Positions 49,251 to 58,673 of a DNA stretch of 64,000 bases are shown here, piece after piece; the stretch's first letter is position 1; every line of letters starts with the position of its first letter. The notes beneath the pieces are model-generated. The model saw only the letters and a program-made list of their open reading frames with translations. It was not told where the DNA came from and did not search any database. Origin of the DNA: Acidobacteriota bacterium (GTDB taxonomy: Bacteria > Acidobacteriota > Terriglobia > Bryobacterales > Bryobacteraceae); the NCBI GenBank assembly GCA_025353165.1, contig JANXRE010000076.1, forward strand, positions 1,103-65,102, in the 5' to 3' direction. A program made the position numbers and the translations under genes.

Positions 49251-49904
49251 ATGCGCATCTGCGAAGTCACCGATCTCGGAATGATGGGGTACGCCGCCGC
49301 GCTCGGCGTGCAGCGCGAGCTGGTGGAGCGCCGCAAGCGCGGCGAGGTGGCGGATCAACTGCTCTTCGTCGAGCATCCGCACGTGATCACCATGGGGCGC
49401 AACGGGCGCAGCGAGAACATGCTCGCGCCGCCGGAATTGCTGGAGCGGGCGGGCGTCGAGTTTCACGAAACCGACCGCGGCGGAGACGTTACCTACCACG
49501 GTCCCGGGCAGATCGTCGGCTATCCCATCCTGGATCTGAGAGAATGGAAGCGCGACGTCGTTTCGTTCGTCCGCGGCATCGAGCAGGCGATTATCGATGC
49601 CCTGGGAGAGTTCGGCATCCAGGCGGGACGGCTGGCGGGAGCAACCGGCGTCTGGGTGGCGGGGGCCAAGGTCGCGGCGATCGGAGTGCACATCAGCCAC
49701 TGGATCACGTCGCACGGATTCGCGCTGAATGTCGATACGGATTTGAGTTACTTTCAGTACATCGTGCCGTGCGGTCTGACGAAACCGGTGACGTCGATGC
49801 GAAAGCTGGGCTCGCCGGCAGCCCGCCCGGAGGTCATGCGCGCGATCACCCGCGCTTTCAGCCAGGTGTTCGGTTTGGATCCGCAATGGAGAAGAAATGA
49901 CTGA
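49251..49904 (+). CDS. lipB: lipoyl(octanoyl) transferase
   Basis: FVEHPHVITMGR, RGGDVTYHGPGQ, GVWV..KVAAIGV and PCG are LipB motifs. The ATG directly abuts the lpdA TGA. Confidence 0.9.
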   Translation: MRICEVTDLGMMGYAAALGVQRELVERRKRGEVADQLLFVEHPHVITMGRNGRSENMLAPPELLERAGVEFHETDRGGDVTYHGPGQIVGYPILDLREWKRDVVSFVRGIEQAIIDALGEFGIQAGRLAGATGVWVAGAKVAAIGVHISHWITSHGFALNVDTDLSYFQYIVPCGLTKPVTSMRKLGSPAARPEVMRAITRAFSQVFGLDPQWRRND

Positions 49905-51186
49905 CGTCGTGATGCCCCAAATGGGCGAGAGCATAGTGGAAGGTACGCTGACGAAGTGGTTGAAGAAGGCCGGCGATCGCGTCGAGCGCGACGAGCCTCT
50001 ATTCGAGATTTCGACCGACAAGGTGGACACGGAGATCCCCTCGCCGGTGGCCGGTGTGTTGAGGGACGTCCTGGTGCAGGAAGGCGCGACGGTCGGCATT
50101 AACACCGTGGTGGGCCGGGTCGAAGAGGCGGGAGGCTCGGCCGCGCCGGCGCCGCCTGCGGTTGCGGAACAAGCGCCCGCAGTTGAGGAACAAGCGCCCG
50201 CGGAAGTTCGGCCGGCGCCACAACCTCCGGCCCCCGCGGCGGCCGAGGAATCCGCCGGGCCGCTGTCGCCGCTGGTGCGCAAGATGTCGCGCGAATACAA
50301 CATCGATTTGAAGCAGGTGAAGGGAACCGGCGCGGGCGGACGGATCACGAAGCAGGATCTGGAAAACTACATGGCGCAGCAGGGCGCGCGCACGATGGCG
50401 GCCAGCGTGCAAGCCGCCCCCAGGCCGGCGCCGTCGCTGCCCGCCGCTCCGCCTCCGCCTCTCGAGGTGCCGCCGGTGCCACGCGCCGAAGGCCCCCGAA
50501 CGCGCGTGGAACCGATGAGCGCCATGCGGCAGAAAATCGCCGAGCACATGGTGTTTTCCCAGCGGACTTCCGCCCACGTCACCACCGTGCACAAGGTGGA
50601 CATGACGCGGGTGGCGAAGATGCGCGGCCAGCACAAGGAAGCTTTCCGCCAGCGCTACGGATTCTCGCTGACGTTCCTGCCGTTCGTCACGCGGGCCGCC
50701 GCGGCCGCCCTGCGCCAGTTCCCGATCGTCAACGCGTCCATCGAAGGGACCAATATCCTGTACCACAACGAGATAAACATCGGCATCGCGGTGGCGCTGG
50801 AGAACGGGCTGATCGTTCCGGTGATCCGGGACGCCGACGAGAAGAACATCGTTGGCCTGCAGCGATCCATCGTGGACCTGTCCACGCGCGCGCGATCGCG
50901 GCAACTCAAGCCCGATGAAATCCAGGGCGGGACGTTCTCGATCACCAATTTCGGCAGCTTCGGTTCGGTCTTCGCGACGCCCGTGATCAACCAACCGCAG
51001 GTGGCGATCCTCGGCGTGGGATCGGTGGAGAAGGAGCCGGTGGTGATCGACGACGCGATCGCGATCCGGTCGATGTGCTACCTGGCGCTGACCTTCGATC
51101 ACCGGCTGATCGACGGCGCGCTAGGCGATCAATTCACCGGTCACGTGAAACACATTCTCGAGACCTGGGCCGAAGAAATCCTATAG
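49897..51186 (+). CDS. 2-oxo acid dehydrogenase E2 component (dihydrolipoyllysine-residue acyltransferase)
   Basis: The lipoyl domain reads MPQMGESIVEGT..EISTDKV. An Ala/Pro linker and a peripheral-subunit-binding domain follow. The catalytic motif is DHRLIDG. The specific complex (PDH, OGDH or BCKDH) is not assignable. Confidence 0.9.
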   Translation: MTDVVMPQMGESIVEGTLTKWLKKAGDRVERDEPLFEISTDKVDTEIPSPVAGVLRDVLVQEGATVGINTVVGRVEEAGGSAAPAPPAVAEQAPAVEEQAPAEVRPAPQPPAPAAAEESAGPLSPLVRKMSREYNIDLKQVKGTGAGGRITKQDLENYMAQQGARTMAASVQAAPRPAPSLPAAPPPPLEVPPVPRAEGPRTRVEPMSAMRQKIAEHMVFSQRTSAHVTTVHKVDMTRVAKMRGQHKEAFRQRYGFSLTFLPFVTRAAAAALRQFPIVNASIEGTNILYHNEINIGIAVALENGLIVPVIRDADEKNIVGLQRSIVDLSTRARSRQLKPDEIQGGTFSITNFGSFGSVFATPVINQPQVAILGVGSVEKEPVVIDDAIAIRSMCYLALTFDHRLIDGALGDQFTGHVKHILETWAEEIL

Positions 51187-51203
51187 AGGTCCAACGTAAA
51201 CTA

Positions 51204-51232
51204 TTGAAAATGTGCGTAGACTGTGCTACAAA
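51204..51232 (+). promoter_or_regulatory. candidate sigma70-type promoter TTGAAA-17 nt-TACAAA upstream of ku
   Basis: The hexamers and spacing were read directly from the sequence. The -10 element ends 37 nt before the ku ATG. Confidence 0.3.
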
Positions 51233-51268
51233 CGAAGGACTTGCCCTACTGGGCGTCCGAGGCAATCG

Positions 51269-52096
51269 ATGGCTAGCACCGTTTGGAAAGGCCACTTAAC
51301 GTTCGGACTCGTATCGCTGCCGATCCGGCTATTCTCAGCGGCGCGTTCCGAGTCGATCAGTTTCAATCAGCTCCACAAAGACGACAATTCGCGCGTACGC
51401 CAGGTCCTCTACTGCCAGCTTGAGGACAAGCCCATCCAGCGCAGCGAAATCGTGAAGGGCTACGAGTACGAGAAGGATCGCTACATCGTCATTGACGACG
51501 AGGACATCCGCAAGGCGGCGCCCAAGACCGCGAAGGTCATGGAGATCCAGGAGTTTGTGAAGGCGTCGGAAGTCGACGCGGTGTATTTCGAAAGCTCCTA
51601 CTACGTGTCGCCGGACGAAGCGGGCGAGAAGCCGTACGCGCTGCTGTTCGACGCGCTGCGCCGGACGGGTTACGTGGGCATCGCAAAAGTCGCGATGCAC
51701 AACCGCGAGCACATCGTCATCCTGCGGCCCGGGCCGCGCGGCATTCTATTGCACACGATGTACTACGCGCACGAGATCCGCGCGGTGGAAGAGTTCCGCA
51801 CGGACCTGAGCCTGGTGAAGGACAAGGAAATCGCGCTGGCGACCGGGCTGATCGAAGCGCTGGCCGCCGAATTTGAGCCCGAGAAGTATCGGGATGCGTA
51901 TCGCGACAACCTGCTGGCGATGGTCGAAGCGAAGAGGGCCGGCCAGGAAATCGTGGAACCGCCGGTGCCGCAGCCGGCGAAGGTGATCGACATTCTGGAG
52001 GCCTTAAAGGCCAGCCTCGAAATGGCGCGGAAGCCGGCCGCCGTCGAAGCCGAAACCAAAGCCCCCAAGCGCACAAGGAAAGCCGCCAACGGATAA
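51269..52096 (+). CDS. ku: Ku protein (non-homologous end joining)
   Basis: The start is trimmed to ATG 51269. MASTVWKGHLTFGLVSLPIRLFSA is the diagnostic bacterial Ku N-terminus. The C-terminal tail is basic. Confidence 0.9.
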   Translation: MASTVWKGHLTFGLVSLPIRLFSAARSESISFNQLHKDDNSRVRQVLYCQLEDKPIQRSEIVKGYEYEKDRYIVIDDEDIRKAAPKTAKVMEIQEFVKASEVDAVYFESSYYVSPDEAGEKPYALLFDALRRTGYVGIAKVAMHNREHIVILRPGPRGILLHTMYYAHEIRAVEEFRTDLSLVKDKEIALATGLIEALAAEFEPEKYRDAYRDNLLAMVEAKRAGQEIVEPPVPQPAKVIDILEALKASLEMARKPAAVEAETKAPKRTRKAANG

Positions 52097-52175
52097 GGGA
52101 GAGACCCAAGGTCCCCCCCTTCGCTTTTACTCCCCGTTCATTTCGCGCGCAGTTTGCGGGCCCGCCGCCTGCACT

Positions 52176-52538
52176 TCAATTCATCGGGTCGCGCCAGAGC
52201 CACAGATTTACCGCCTTTGGATATGGATCGGTCCCAGGGGTTATCGGGTTCCAGCCAAATGGATCGATTGGAATTAACGGTCCGTTAAGTGGCTTCTGGT
52301 CGATTTCGAAGTGCAGATGAGGTCCGACCCCGCCCCATTGTCCGTGAGAGAAGTTGCCAACGTAGGCAATAGGCTGGTTCGGCTGGTAGCCCGCGAGGCG
52401 ATGTCGTGGCGGCCGCGCCGGTCTGATGCGGCGTCTGATCCAGCTTCGACGCAATCCCGAGAAAATCGCTGGCTGCCGGGCCGCGAACGTCTTCACTTCC
52501 ACCTGTCCCGCCAACACGGCGGTCTCGTCATCGTCCAA
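52176..52538 (-). pseudogene. M23-peptidase-like C-terminal fragment
   Basis: Only the last ~70 aa look M23-like (..PIAYVGNFSHGQWGGVGPHLHFEI..). The upstream HxxxD region is not visible in any frame I read. Confidence 0.35.
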
Positions 52539-52700
52539 AAGCGCACATAGAGAAACACGCTTCAGGACTCCGGGGTTACCCAGGATTTCACATCGCCCGC
52601 CGTTGCGACCTTGCGGACTCTCTTGTCCTTTTCCCCCGCCCCGACTTGCTCCGAAGCGCCCCGGGGGCTATCATCCAGAAAGCCTCGAGGTGACCGCCGT

Positions 52701-54206
52701 ATGTGGATCCCAAAATTCGTGCGTGACCGCAGGAAGGGCGTCGACTCGCCCGTCCCTACCCAACTCGTATCCAACGAGGAGCTGATCCCGCGCCGGCAAA
52801 CCAACGATCAGAAGAAGGTCGAGAGCCTGATTGCCGACCTTTCGGCGGATAGAGCGAAGCGGCTCGGCATGGAGCGGCGCCGCTTCATGGCCAGCAGCAT
52901 GGGCCTGGCGACCTGCTTCCTGGCCTCCAACCAGGTCTACGGAAAAGTCTGGGACGTGGACGAAGCGGAAACCTTCGAACCCGAAGCCACCGCGGAAAAA
53001 TTCCCGAAAGGCGAATACTTCATCCTCGACGTGCAGTCGCACTTCACAAACGGCTTCGCCATCGGTTTCCGCAACCTCGAGTTTGTGAAAAACATGGGCT
53101 TCAGCCTCAAGGAAGATGTCGAGTCCTACGGCTACCGGAACTTCGTCAAGGAGATGTTCTTCGACAGCGAGACCGAGATGATCGTGATCTCGGGCGTCCC
53201 CGGCAAGGAGAAGAACAAAGACGATAAGGGCAACGTTCTGGAAGGGCGCGCGCGACAGGGCGGAATCCTGCCAAGCTGGCTGATGTCGCAGGCCGGCCGC
53301 GAGATCAACAGCGTCGCCGGATGCACCCGCACCGTCTGGCAGGGCAACCTCGCGCCGAACCACTACTGGGACCGCAAGAATAACGCGCCCGACAAGGCGG
53401 CCATCCTGGAACAGATGGAGCGCGAGATGCACCAGTACGGGATCAGTTCGTGGAAGTGGTATTGCCACACCGATCCGGGCGGGTCCGGAGGCGGGTTCCA
53501 ACTGGACGACGACAACGCGCAGTGGTTCTACGACGAATCGAGGAAGCGCGGCCTCAAGACTTTCAGCGTGCACAAGGGCTTCTCGTATCAATCGCGCACG
53601 TTGGGACACCTGGCGAATCCCAAGGACGTCGAAAAGGCGGCTCTCCGGAACCCCGATCTGAATTTCATCATCTATCATTCGGCGCTGCAGCACGGGCCGA
53701 ATGAGCCCGATTGGAAGAACGCAAACAACTACGATCCGAACACCGGCGACTTCGCGTGGCACGCCGTCCTGATGGATATCAAGAAGCGCAATCCGGGGAT
53801 GAAAAACGTGTACCCGGAGATCGGCAGCTTCTTCAACGTCCTGGCGATCGCCGATCCGGTGATGTGCATGCACGGCATCGGCAAGAACGTCAAGCACTAT
53901 GGCTCCGACCACGTCATCTGGGGAACGGATTGCCTCTGGTGGGGATCGCCGCAGTGGTGCATCGACGCGTTCAAGCGCTTCCAGATCAGCGACGACCTGT
54001 GCGAGAAATTCGGCTACACGAAGCTGACCAAGGAAGATAAGGCCAGGATTTTCGGCTTGAACGCGGCCAAGATTTACGGCATCGACGTGAAGGCGCAACG
54101 GAAAGCGCTGCCCGCCGACACGCTGTCCCGGCTTAAGACCGCGTATCTGGACGGCGGCGGGATGCGCGACAACGCGGCGTACGGCTGGGTGCGCGCCGAC
54201 GACTGA
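52701..54206 (+). CDS. amidohydrolase family (Amidohydro_2-like) metal-dependent hydrolase with TAT-like N-terminus
   Basis: The start is trimmed to ATG 52701. [32 protein letters not shown] and the C-terminal [13 protein letters not shown] are typical of the family. Confidence 0.65.
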   Translation: MWIPKFVRDRRKGVDSPVPTQLVSNEELIPRRQTNDQKKVESLIADLSADRAKRLGMERRRFMASSMGLATCFLASNQVYGKVWDVDEAETFEPEATAEKFPKGEYFILDVQSHFTNGFAIGFRNLEFVKNMGFSLKEDVESYGYRNFVKEMFFDSETEMIVISGVPGKEKNKDDKGNVLEGRARQGGILPSWLMSQAGREINSVAGCTRTVWQGNLAPNHYWDRKNNAPDKAAILEQMEREMHQYGISSWKWYCHTDPGGSGGGFQLDDDNAQWFYDESRKRGLKTFSVHKGFSYQSRTLGHLANPKDVEKAALRNPDLNFIIYHSALQHGPNEPDWKNANNYDPNTGDFAWHAVLMDIKKRNPGMKNVYPEIGSFFNVLAIADPVMCMHGIGKNVKHYGSDHVIWGTDCLWWGSPQWCIDAFKRFQISDDLCEKFGYTKLTKEDKARIFGLNAAKIYGIDVKAQRKALPADTLSRLKTAYLDGGGMRDNAAYGWVRADD

Positions 54207-54616
54207 TGAAAACGTTAGCGCTTCTCTTCTCAGCCGCGGTTCTGGCTTTCGGCTCGCAGGAAGATGATATTCGCCGCGTGCTGGAGGCTCAATCCGCGGC
54301 GTGGAACCGCGGCGATATTCCCGGGTTCATGGAAACCTACGCTCCCGACACGGTCTTTTTGGGGAGCGAAGTGTCGCGCGGGTCGGCGCAGGTCAAGGAG
54401 CGTTATCTGCGCAAGTATCCGACACGGGCGCACATGGGGGCGTTGACGTTCTCGGAACTCGAGATCCACGTTGTTGCTCCCGAAGCAGCCTACGCCATCG
54501 GCCACTGGCAGCTCGATCGAGGGGCCGATGCGGGAGGCCCGGCCGGAGGCTGGTTCTCGCTGGTGTTACAGAAACGGCAGGGGCGCTGGCTGATCGTGTT
54601 GGATCACACGCATTAA
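54206..54616 (+). CDS. DUF4440 / SnoaL-like (NTF2-fold) protein, secreted
   Basis: IRRVLEAQSAAWNRGDIPGFMETYAPD ... GRWLIVLDHT is a typical DUF4440 pattern. The ATG overlaps the upstream TGA by 1 nt. Confidence 0.65.
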   Translation: MKTLALLFSAAVLAFGSQEDDIRRVLEAQSAAWNRGDIPGFMETYAPDTVFLGSEVSRGSAQVKERYLRKYPTRAHMGALTFSELEIHVVAPEAAYAIGHWQLDRGADAGGPAGGWFSLVLQKRQGRWLIVLDHTH

Positions 54617-54669
54617 CACCCGACTTTCCTGTGCTAAGGTATGGAACAATTGATTGAAAGGATGGCGTC

Positions 54670-55299
54670 ATGAAAGATCCTGATAAGCCTCGGAAAGGAT
54701 TCTCCCGCCGCGGGTTTCTGCGCGGGGTAAGCATTACCGGCGGCGCAATGGGGACGGGGCTGCTCGAGTCCGCCGCGTCAGCCGAAACCGGAGGCGCGGT
54801 TGTAGGGCCGGCCGCAGTCTCCATCACGCTGAACATCAACGGTAAGTTGCGCAAAGTGGGGGTCGAGCCGCGCGAAACGTTGCTCGATACGCTGCGCGAT
54901 AAACTCGACCTCACCGCGGCCAAACGCGTCTGCGATCGTGGCACCTGCGGAGCCTGCACGGTAATCGTGAACGGCAAGGCCGTTTACGGCTGCACCGTGC
55001 TCGCCATCGACGCGCAGGGCAAACAGATCCAGACGCTGGAAGGAATTTCGCCGGCCGGCAACCCGCACCCGTTGTCGAAGGCCTTCGTGAACAACGACGC
55101 CCAGCAGTGCGGCTATTGCACTCCGGGTTTCGTCGTCGCGGCGAAAGCGTTTCTCGATCACAACCCCAAGCCCACCGAAGAACAGGTCAATCACGGCCTG
55201 GGCGGCAACATCTGCCGTTGCGGAACCTACATCGGCGTGCGCAAGGCCGTTCTCGAAGCGGCCGGAATGACTGCGGCGGGAGGAACCAAGAATGCCTGA
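54670..55299 (+). CDS. (2Fe-2S)-binding small subunit of a molybdenum hydroxylase (PaoA/CoxS-like), TAT signal
   Basis: RRGFLRG is a TAT motif. CDRGTCGACTV and QCGYCTPGF..CRCGTY are the two [2Fe-2S] cysteine clusters. Confidence 0.9.
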   Translation: MKDPDKPRKGFSRRGFLRGVSITGGAMGTGLLESAASAETGGAVVGPAAVSITLNINGKLRKVGVEPRETLLDTLRDKLDLTAAKRVCDRGTCGACTVIVNGKAVYGCTVLAIDAQGKQIQTLEGISPAGNPHPLSKAFVNNDAQQCGYCTPGFVVAAKAFLDHNPKPTEEQVNHGLGGNICRCGTYIGVRKAVLEAAGMTAAGGTKNA

Positions 55300-57436
55300 T
55301 TATCATTGGCCGCCAATGGACCAGCGCCGGGCGATCGGCAAGCGTGTCGCCCGTCTGGACGGACTTCAGAAATCGACGGGGCAAGCCAAATACAACTCGG
55401 ACCTGAACCTCCCCGGCCTGCTGTTCGGCGTGCTGCTCACTTCGCCCCACGCTCACGCGCGCATCAAGAGCATCGATACCAGCCAGGCGGAGAAACTGCC
55501 CGGCGTCACCAGCCTGCGCGTAATCCAGGGAGCGGGCAAGGAACTCAACTGGCAGGGACAGGAGATCGCGTCGGTGGCGGCTACAACCGAGAACATCGCG
55601 CGCGACGCTGTCCGCAAGATCAAGGTCGAGTACGAAGTCTTGCCGCACCTGGTTAAGGAAAGCGACCTCGGCAAGGCGGGCACGCGCGCCAAAGCGGCCG
55701 GCGAAGTCACCACCGGCGATCCGGAGAAAGCGTTTCAGGAAGCAGACGCCGTATCCGAAGGACTGTACGCGATTCCAGTGATCACCCACTGCTGCCTGGA
55801 ATCGCACGGGCAGGCGGTAGAGTGGAAACCGGATGGCGTGAATTACTATCCTTCCACGCAAAACCTGTCGGCCATCGGCGCGGAACTGGGCCGCTCCATC
55901 GGAGTCCCCGCGGCGCAGATCCACTCGCACATGGATCATGTCGGCGGCGGATTCGGCTCGAAGTTCCCCCCGGATCTATGGGGCGCGGAATGCGCGCAAT
56001 TATCCAAGGCGAGCGGCGGCAGGCCGGTAAGGCTGTTTCTGGATCGCAAGCAGGAACTGCTCATTGCCGGCAATCGTCCGTCCCTGTTCGCAAAGATCAA
56101 AGCCGGAGCGAAGAAGGACGGCACGCTGACGGTCTGGCAATCGGAATCCTGGGCCTCGGGCGGCATAGGCGGCGGCGGTCTCAACGCGGACGCGCTGCCG
56201 TACGTATTCCGCAACGTAGAAAACCGCAAGATCAATCACACGTCGGTGTCGCTGAATACCGGAAGTGCACGGGCGTGGCGCGCTCCCAGCAACCAGCAGC
56301 TTTCGTTCGTCACCTGCTCGGCGCTGGACGATCTGGCGGCCAAGCTGGGCATGGATCCGCTCGCGTTCTTTCTCAAGAACGTCAACCTGTCCAACCGCCC
56401 CGACGTTTACAAGTACCAGCTCGAGAAGGCGGCTGATCTCGCCAACTGGAGCAAGCTCTGGCAGGGCCGGGGCGCTTCCAAGGGGCCCATCAAGCGCGGC
56501 CTCGGCATCGGCGTAAGCATGTGGGGCGGCCTCGGGCACGACTCCAAATGTAAGACGACGATCAACCCCGACGGCAGCGTGGCGGTGGAACTGGGGTCGC
56601 AGGATCTCGGCACCGGTACACGCACCTGCATCGCGCAAGTAGCGGCGGAGACGCTCGGCCTGCCGATCGCGGCGATTAAGGTCACGATCGGCGACAGCAG
56701 CCTTCCCGCATCGGGCGCGTCGGGTGGATCGACGACCATCGGCGGCGTCAGTGCTTCCACGCGAAAGTCCAGCGTGAATGCGCTGCAAAAACTGTTCGAG
56801 GCAGTCGCTCCCCAGCTCGGCGGGAACGCAGACCAACTCGAAGCGGTCGACGGCCGTATTCAAGTGAAGGGCACGCCTTCCAAGGGTCTTTCGTGGCGGG
56901 AGGCCTGCCGGAAACTCGGCGTGAGCAAGATCGAGGAAATGGGCGAGAACGTCTCGCGCACGGCGATTCGCGACGGCCTGATCAACCAGGGCACGGCGGG
57001 CGTGCAGATTGCCGATGTTTCCGTGGACGTGGAAACCGGCAAGGTGAAGGTAAATAAGCTGGTCGCGGTGCAGGACTGCGGCCTGGTCATAAACCCGAAG
57101 CTCGCCGAAAGCCAGGTGTACGGCGCCTGCATCATGAGCATTTGCGCCGCGCTGCTGGAGGAACGCATTACCGACCAGCAGACCGGGCGCGTGCTCAACC
57201 CCGACATGGAGTTCTACAAGCTGGCCGGGCTCGCCGACATCGGCGACATCGTAGTCCACATGGACATCCGGCCCGACATGGATAAGCGCGGGGTCATCGG
57301 ACTGGGCGAGCCTCCGGCCATCGCCGGCATCGCGGCCATCGCCAATGCGGTGGCGAATGCCTCGGGCGTTCGAGTCGCGGGCGTGCCGTTGACGCCGTAC
57401 CGGGTGCTGGATGCGCTTGGCAGGAGGACCGCGTAA
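55292..57436 (+). CDS. molybdopterin-binding large subunit of xanthine dehydrogenase-family oxidoreductase
   Basis: The 714-aa ORF carries GQAKYNSD, GGGFGSK and the C-terminal GLGEPP.. motif. It overlaps the small-subunit stop. Confidence 0.9.
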   Translation: MPDYHWPPMDQRRAIGKRVARLDGLQKSTGQAKYNSDLNLPGLLFGVLLTSPHAHARIKSIDTSQAEKLPGVTSLRVIQGAGKELNWQGQEIASVAATTENIARDAVRKIKVEYEVLPHLVKESDLGKAGTRAKAAGEVTTGDPEKAFQEADAVSEGLYAIPVITHCCLESHGQAVEWKPDGVNYYPSTQNLSAIGAELGRSIGVPAAQIHSHMDHVGGGFGSKFPPDLWGAECAQLSKASGGRPVRLFLDRKQELLIAGNRPSLFAKIKAGAKKDGTLTVWQSESWASGGIGGGGLNADALPYVFRNVENRKINHTSVSLNTGSARAWRAPSNQQLSFVTCSALDDLAAKLGMDPLAFFLKNVNLSNRPDVYKYQLEKAADLANWSKLWQGRGASKGPIKRGLGIGVSMWGGLGHDSKCKTTINPDGSVAVELGSQDLGTGTRTCIAQVAAETLGLPIAAIKVTIGDSSLPASGASGGSTTIGGVSASTRKSSVNALQKLFEAVAPQLGGNADQLEAVDGRIQVKGTPSKGLSWREACRKLGVSKIEEMGENVSRTAIRDGLINQGTAGVQIADVSVDVETGKVKVNKLVAVQDCGLVINPKLAESQVYGACIMSICAALLEERITDQQTGRVLNPDMEFYKLAGLADIGDIVVHMDIRPDMDKRGVIGLGEPPAIAGIAAIANAVANASGVRVAGVPLTPYRVLDALGRRTA

Positions 57437-58410
57437 TGCAAGCCTTTGAATACGCAAATCCGGCAACGCTCGCGGAAGCGTTGAAATCGCTCGGCTCGTC
57501 GTGGGACGAGGCGCAGGTATTGGCCGGCGGCACCGACATCATCAGCCTGATGAAGGACGATGTGGCCGCGCCGAAGCGCCTGGTGAACATCAAGAACGTG
57601 AAGGAACTGGGCGGAATCGCGCCGCATGCGGGCGGTCTTCGCATCGGCGCGACAGCGACGTTCGACGAACTCGCAACCAACGCCGCGGTGCGGACGTATC
57701 CGGCTATCCGGACCGCCGTGCTCGGCGTGGCGAGCCCGCAGATCCGCAACATGGGAACCGCCGGCGGCGACCTCTGCCAGCGCCCGCGCTGCTGGTATTA
57801 CCGTGCGGGATTCGGCCTTCTGGCTACGAAGGACGGGCAGCCGCTGGTCCCGAACGGAGAGAACCGGTATCACGCGATCTTCGGCGGAGGCCCGGCGTAC
57901 TTCGTCAGCCCGTCCAGTCTCGGACCGGCGCTGATCGCGCTCGGCGCGAAGCTGACGCTGGAGTCGGCGTCTGACAAACGGACTGTGGACGCCGCGAAGT
58001 TTTTCCTCGCCCCCGGAAGCGAAACCGAGCGCGAAATCGACCTGAAGCCGAATGAGATCGTGACCGGGATTCTGTTGCCTGCCGCTGCCGGCGAAAAGAG
58101 CGCCACGTACGAAATTCGCGAGCGCGAAATGCTCGACTGGCCGCTCGTGACAGCATCCGTCGCTTTGAAGATCAGCGGCGGTAAGGTATCGAGCGCGAGG
58201 GTCGTGCTCGGGCACGTTGCACCCATGCCGTGGGTGGCCGTAGCAGCCGAGCAATATCTGTTGGGCAAGGCCATCTCCGAAGCGACCGCGGAGGAAGCGG
58301 GTGCCGAAGCCGTCAAAGGCGCGCAACCGCTCAGCCAGAATGCCTACAAAGTTCAACTGGCGAAGGTGGCGGTAAAGCGTGCGTTGCTGGCGGCCGCCGG
58401 AAAGGCTTAA
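57436..58410 (+). CDS. FAD-binding subunit of xanthine dehydrogenase-family oxidoreductase (CoxM/PaoB-like)
   Basis: MQAFEYANPATLAEAL, LAGGTDI and NMGTAGGDLCQRPRCWYYR match an FAD_binding_5 domain with the Cys cluster seen in PaoB-like proteins. Confidence 0.85.
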   Translation: MQAFEYANPATLAEALKSLGSSWDEAQVLAGGTDIISLMKDDVAAPKRLVNIKNVKELGGIAPHAGGLRIGATATFDELATNAAVRTYPAIRTAVLGVASPQIRNMGTAGGDLCQRPRCWYYRAGFGLLATKDGQPLVPNGENRYHAIFGGGPAYFVSPSSLGPALIALGAKLTLESASDKRTVDAAKFFLAPGSETEREIDLKPNEIVTGILLPAAAGEKSATYEIREREMLDWPLVTASVALKISGGKVSSARVVLGHVAPMPWVAVAAEQYLLGKAISEATAEEAGAEAVKGAQPLSQNAYKVQLAKVAVKRALLAAAGKA

Positions 58411-58416
58411 ACCGCC

Positions 58417-58632
58417 ATGGAGTACTCCGGCCTGACCCGGATCGGCACCGACCGGTGCGGCGATCTGCGATGGAAGGGAATGTACATCACCGCCGAGGCG
58501 GACCCGACGCAATCCAAAAGCGGCGACCGCCTCTTCTGGTGCCATCGCACGCATAACTGCCTGGGACCGGATGGCAAACTCGTGGACGATTACGAGTGCA
58601 ACGAGACCCGGCAGTGTTACGCGGAACTGTAG
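58417..58632 (+). CDS. small Cys/His-rich hypothetical protein (71 aa)
   Basis: The ORF starts 6 nt after the FAD subunit stop. It has five Cys and two His (..DRCGDLRWKGMY..LFWCHRTHNCLGPDG..YECNETRQCY). Confidence 0.4.
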   Translation: MEYSGLTRIGTDRCGDLRWKGMYITAEADPTQSKSGDRLFWCHRTHNCLGPDGKLVDDYECNETRQCYAEL

Positions 58633-58673
58633 CGCAGTAACTAGGCCCATAAGCACGGCGTCATCAAAGAGTA

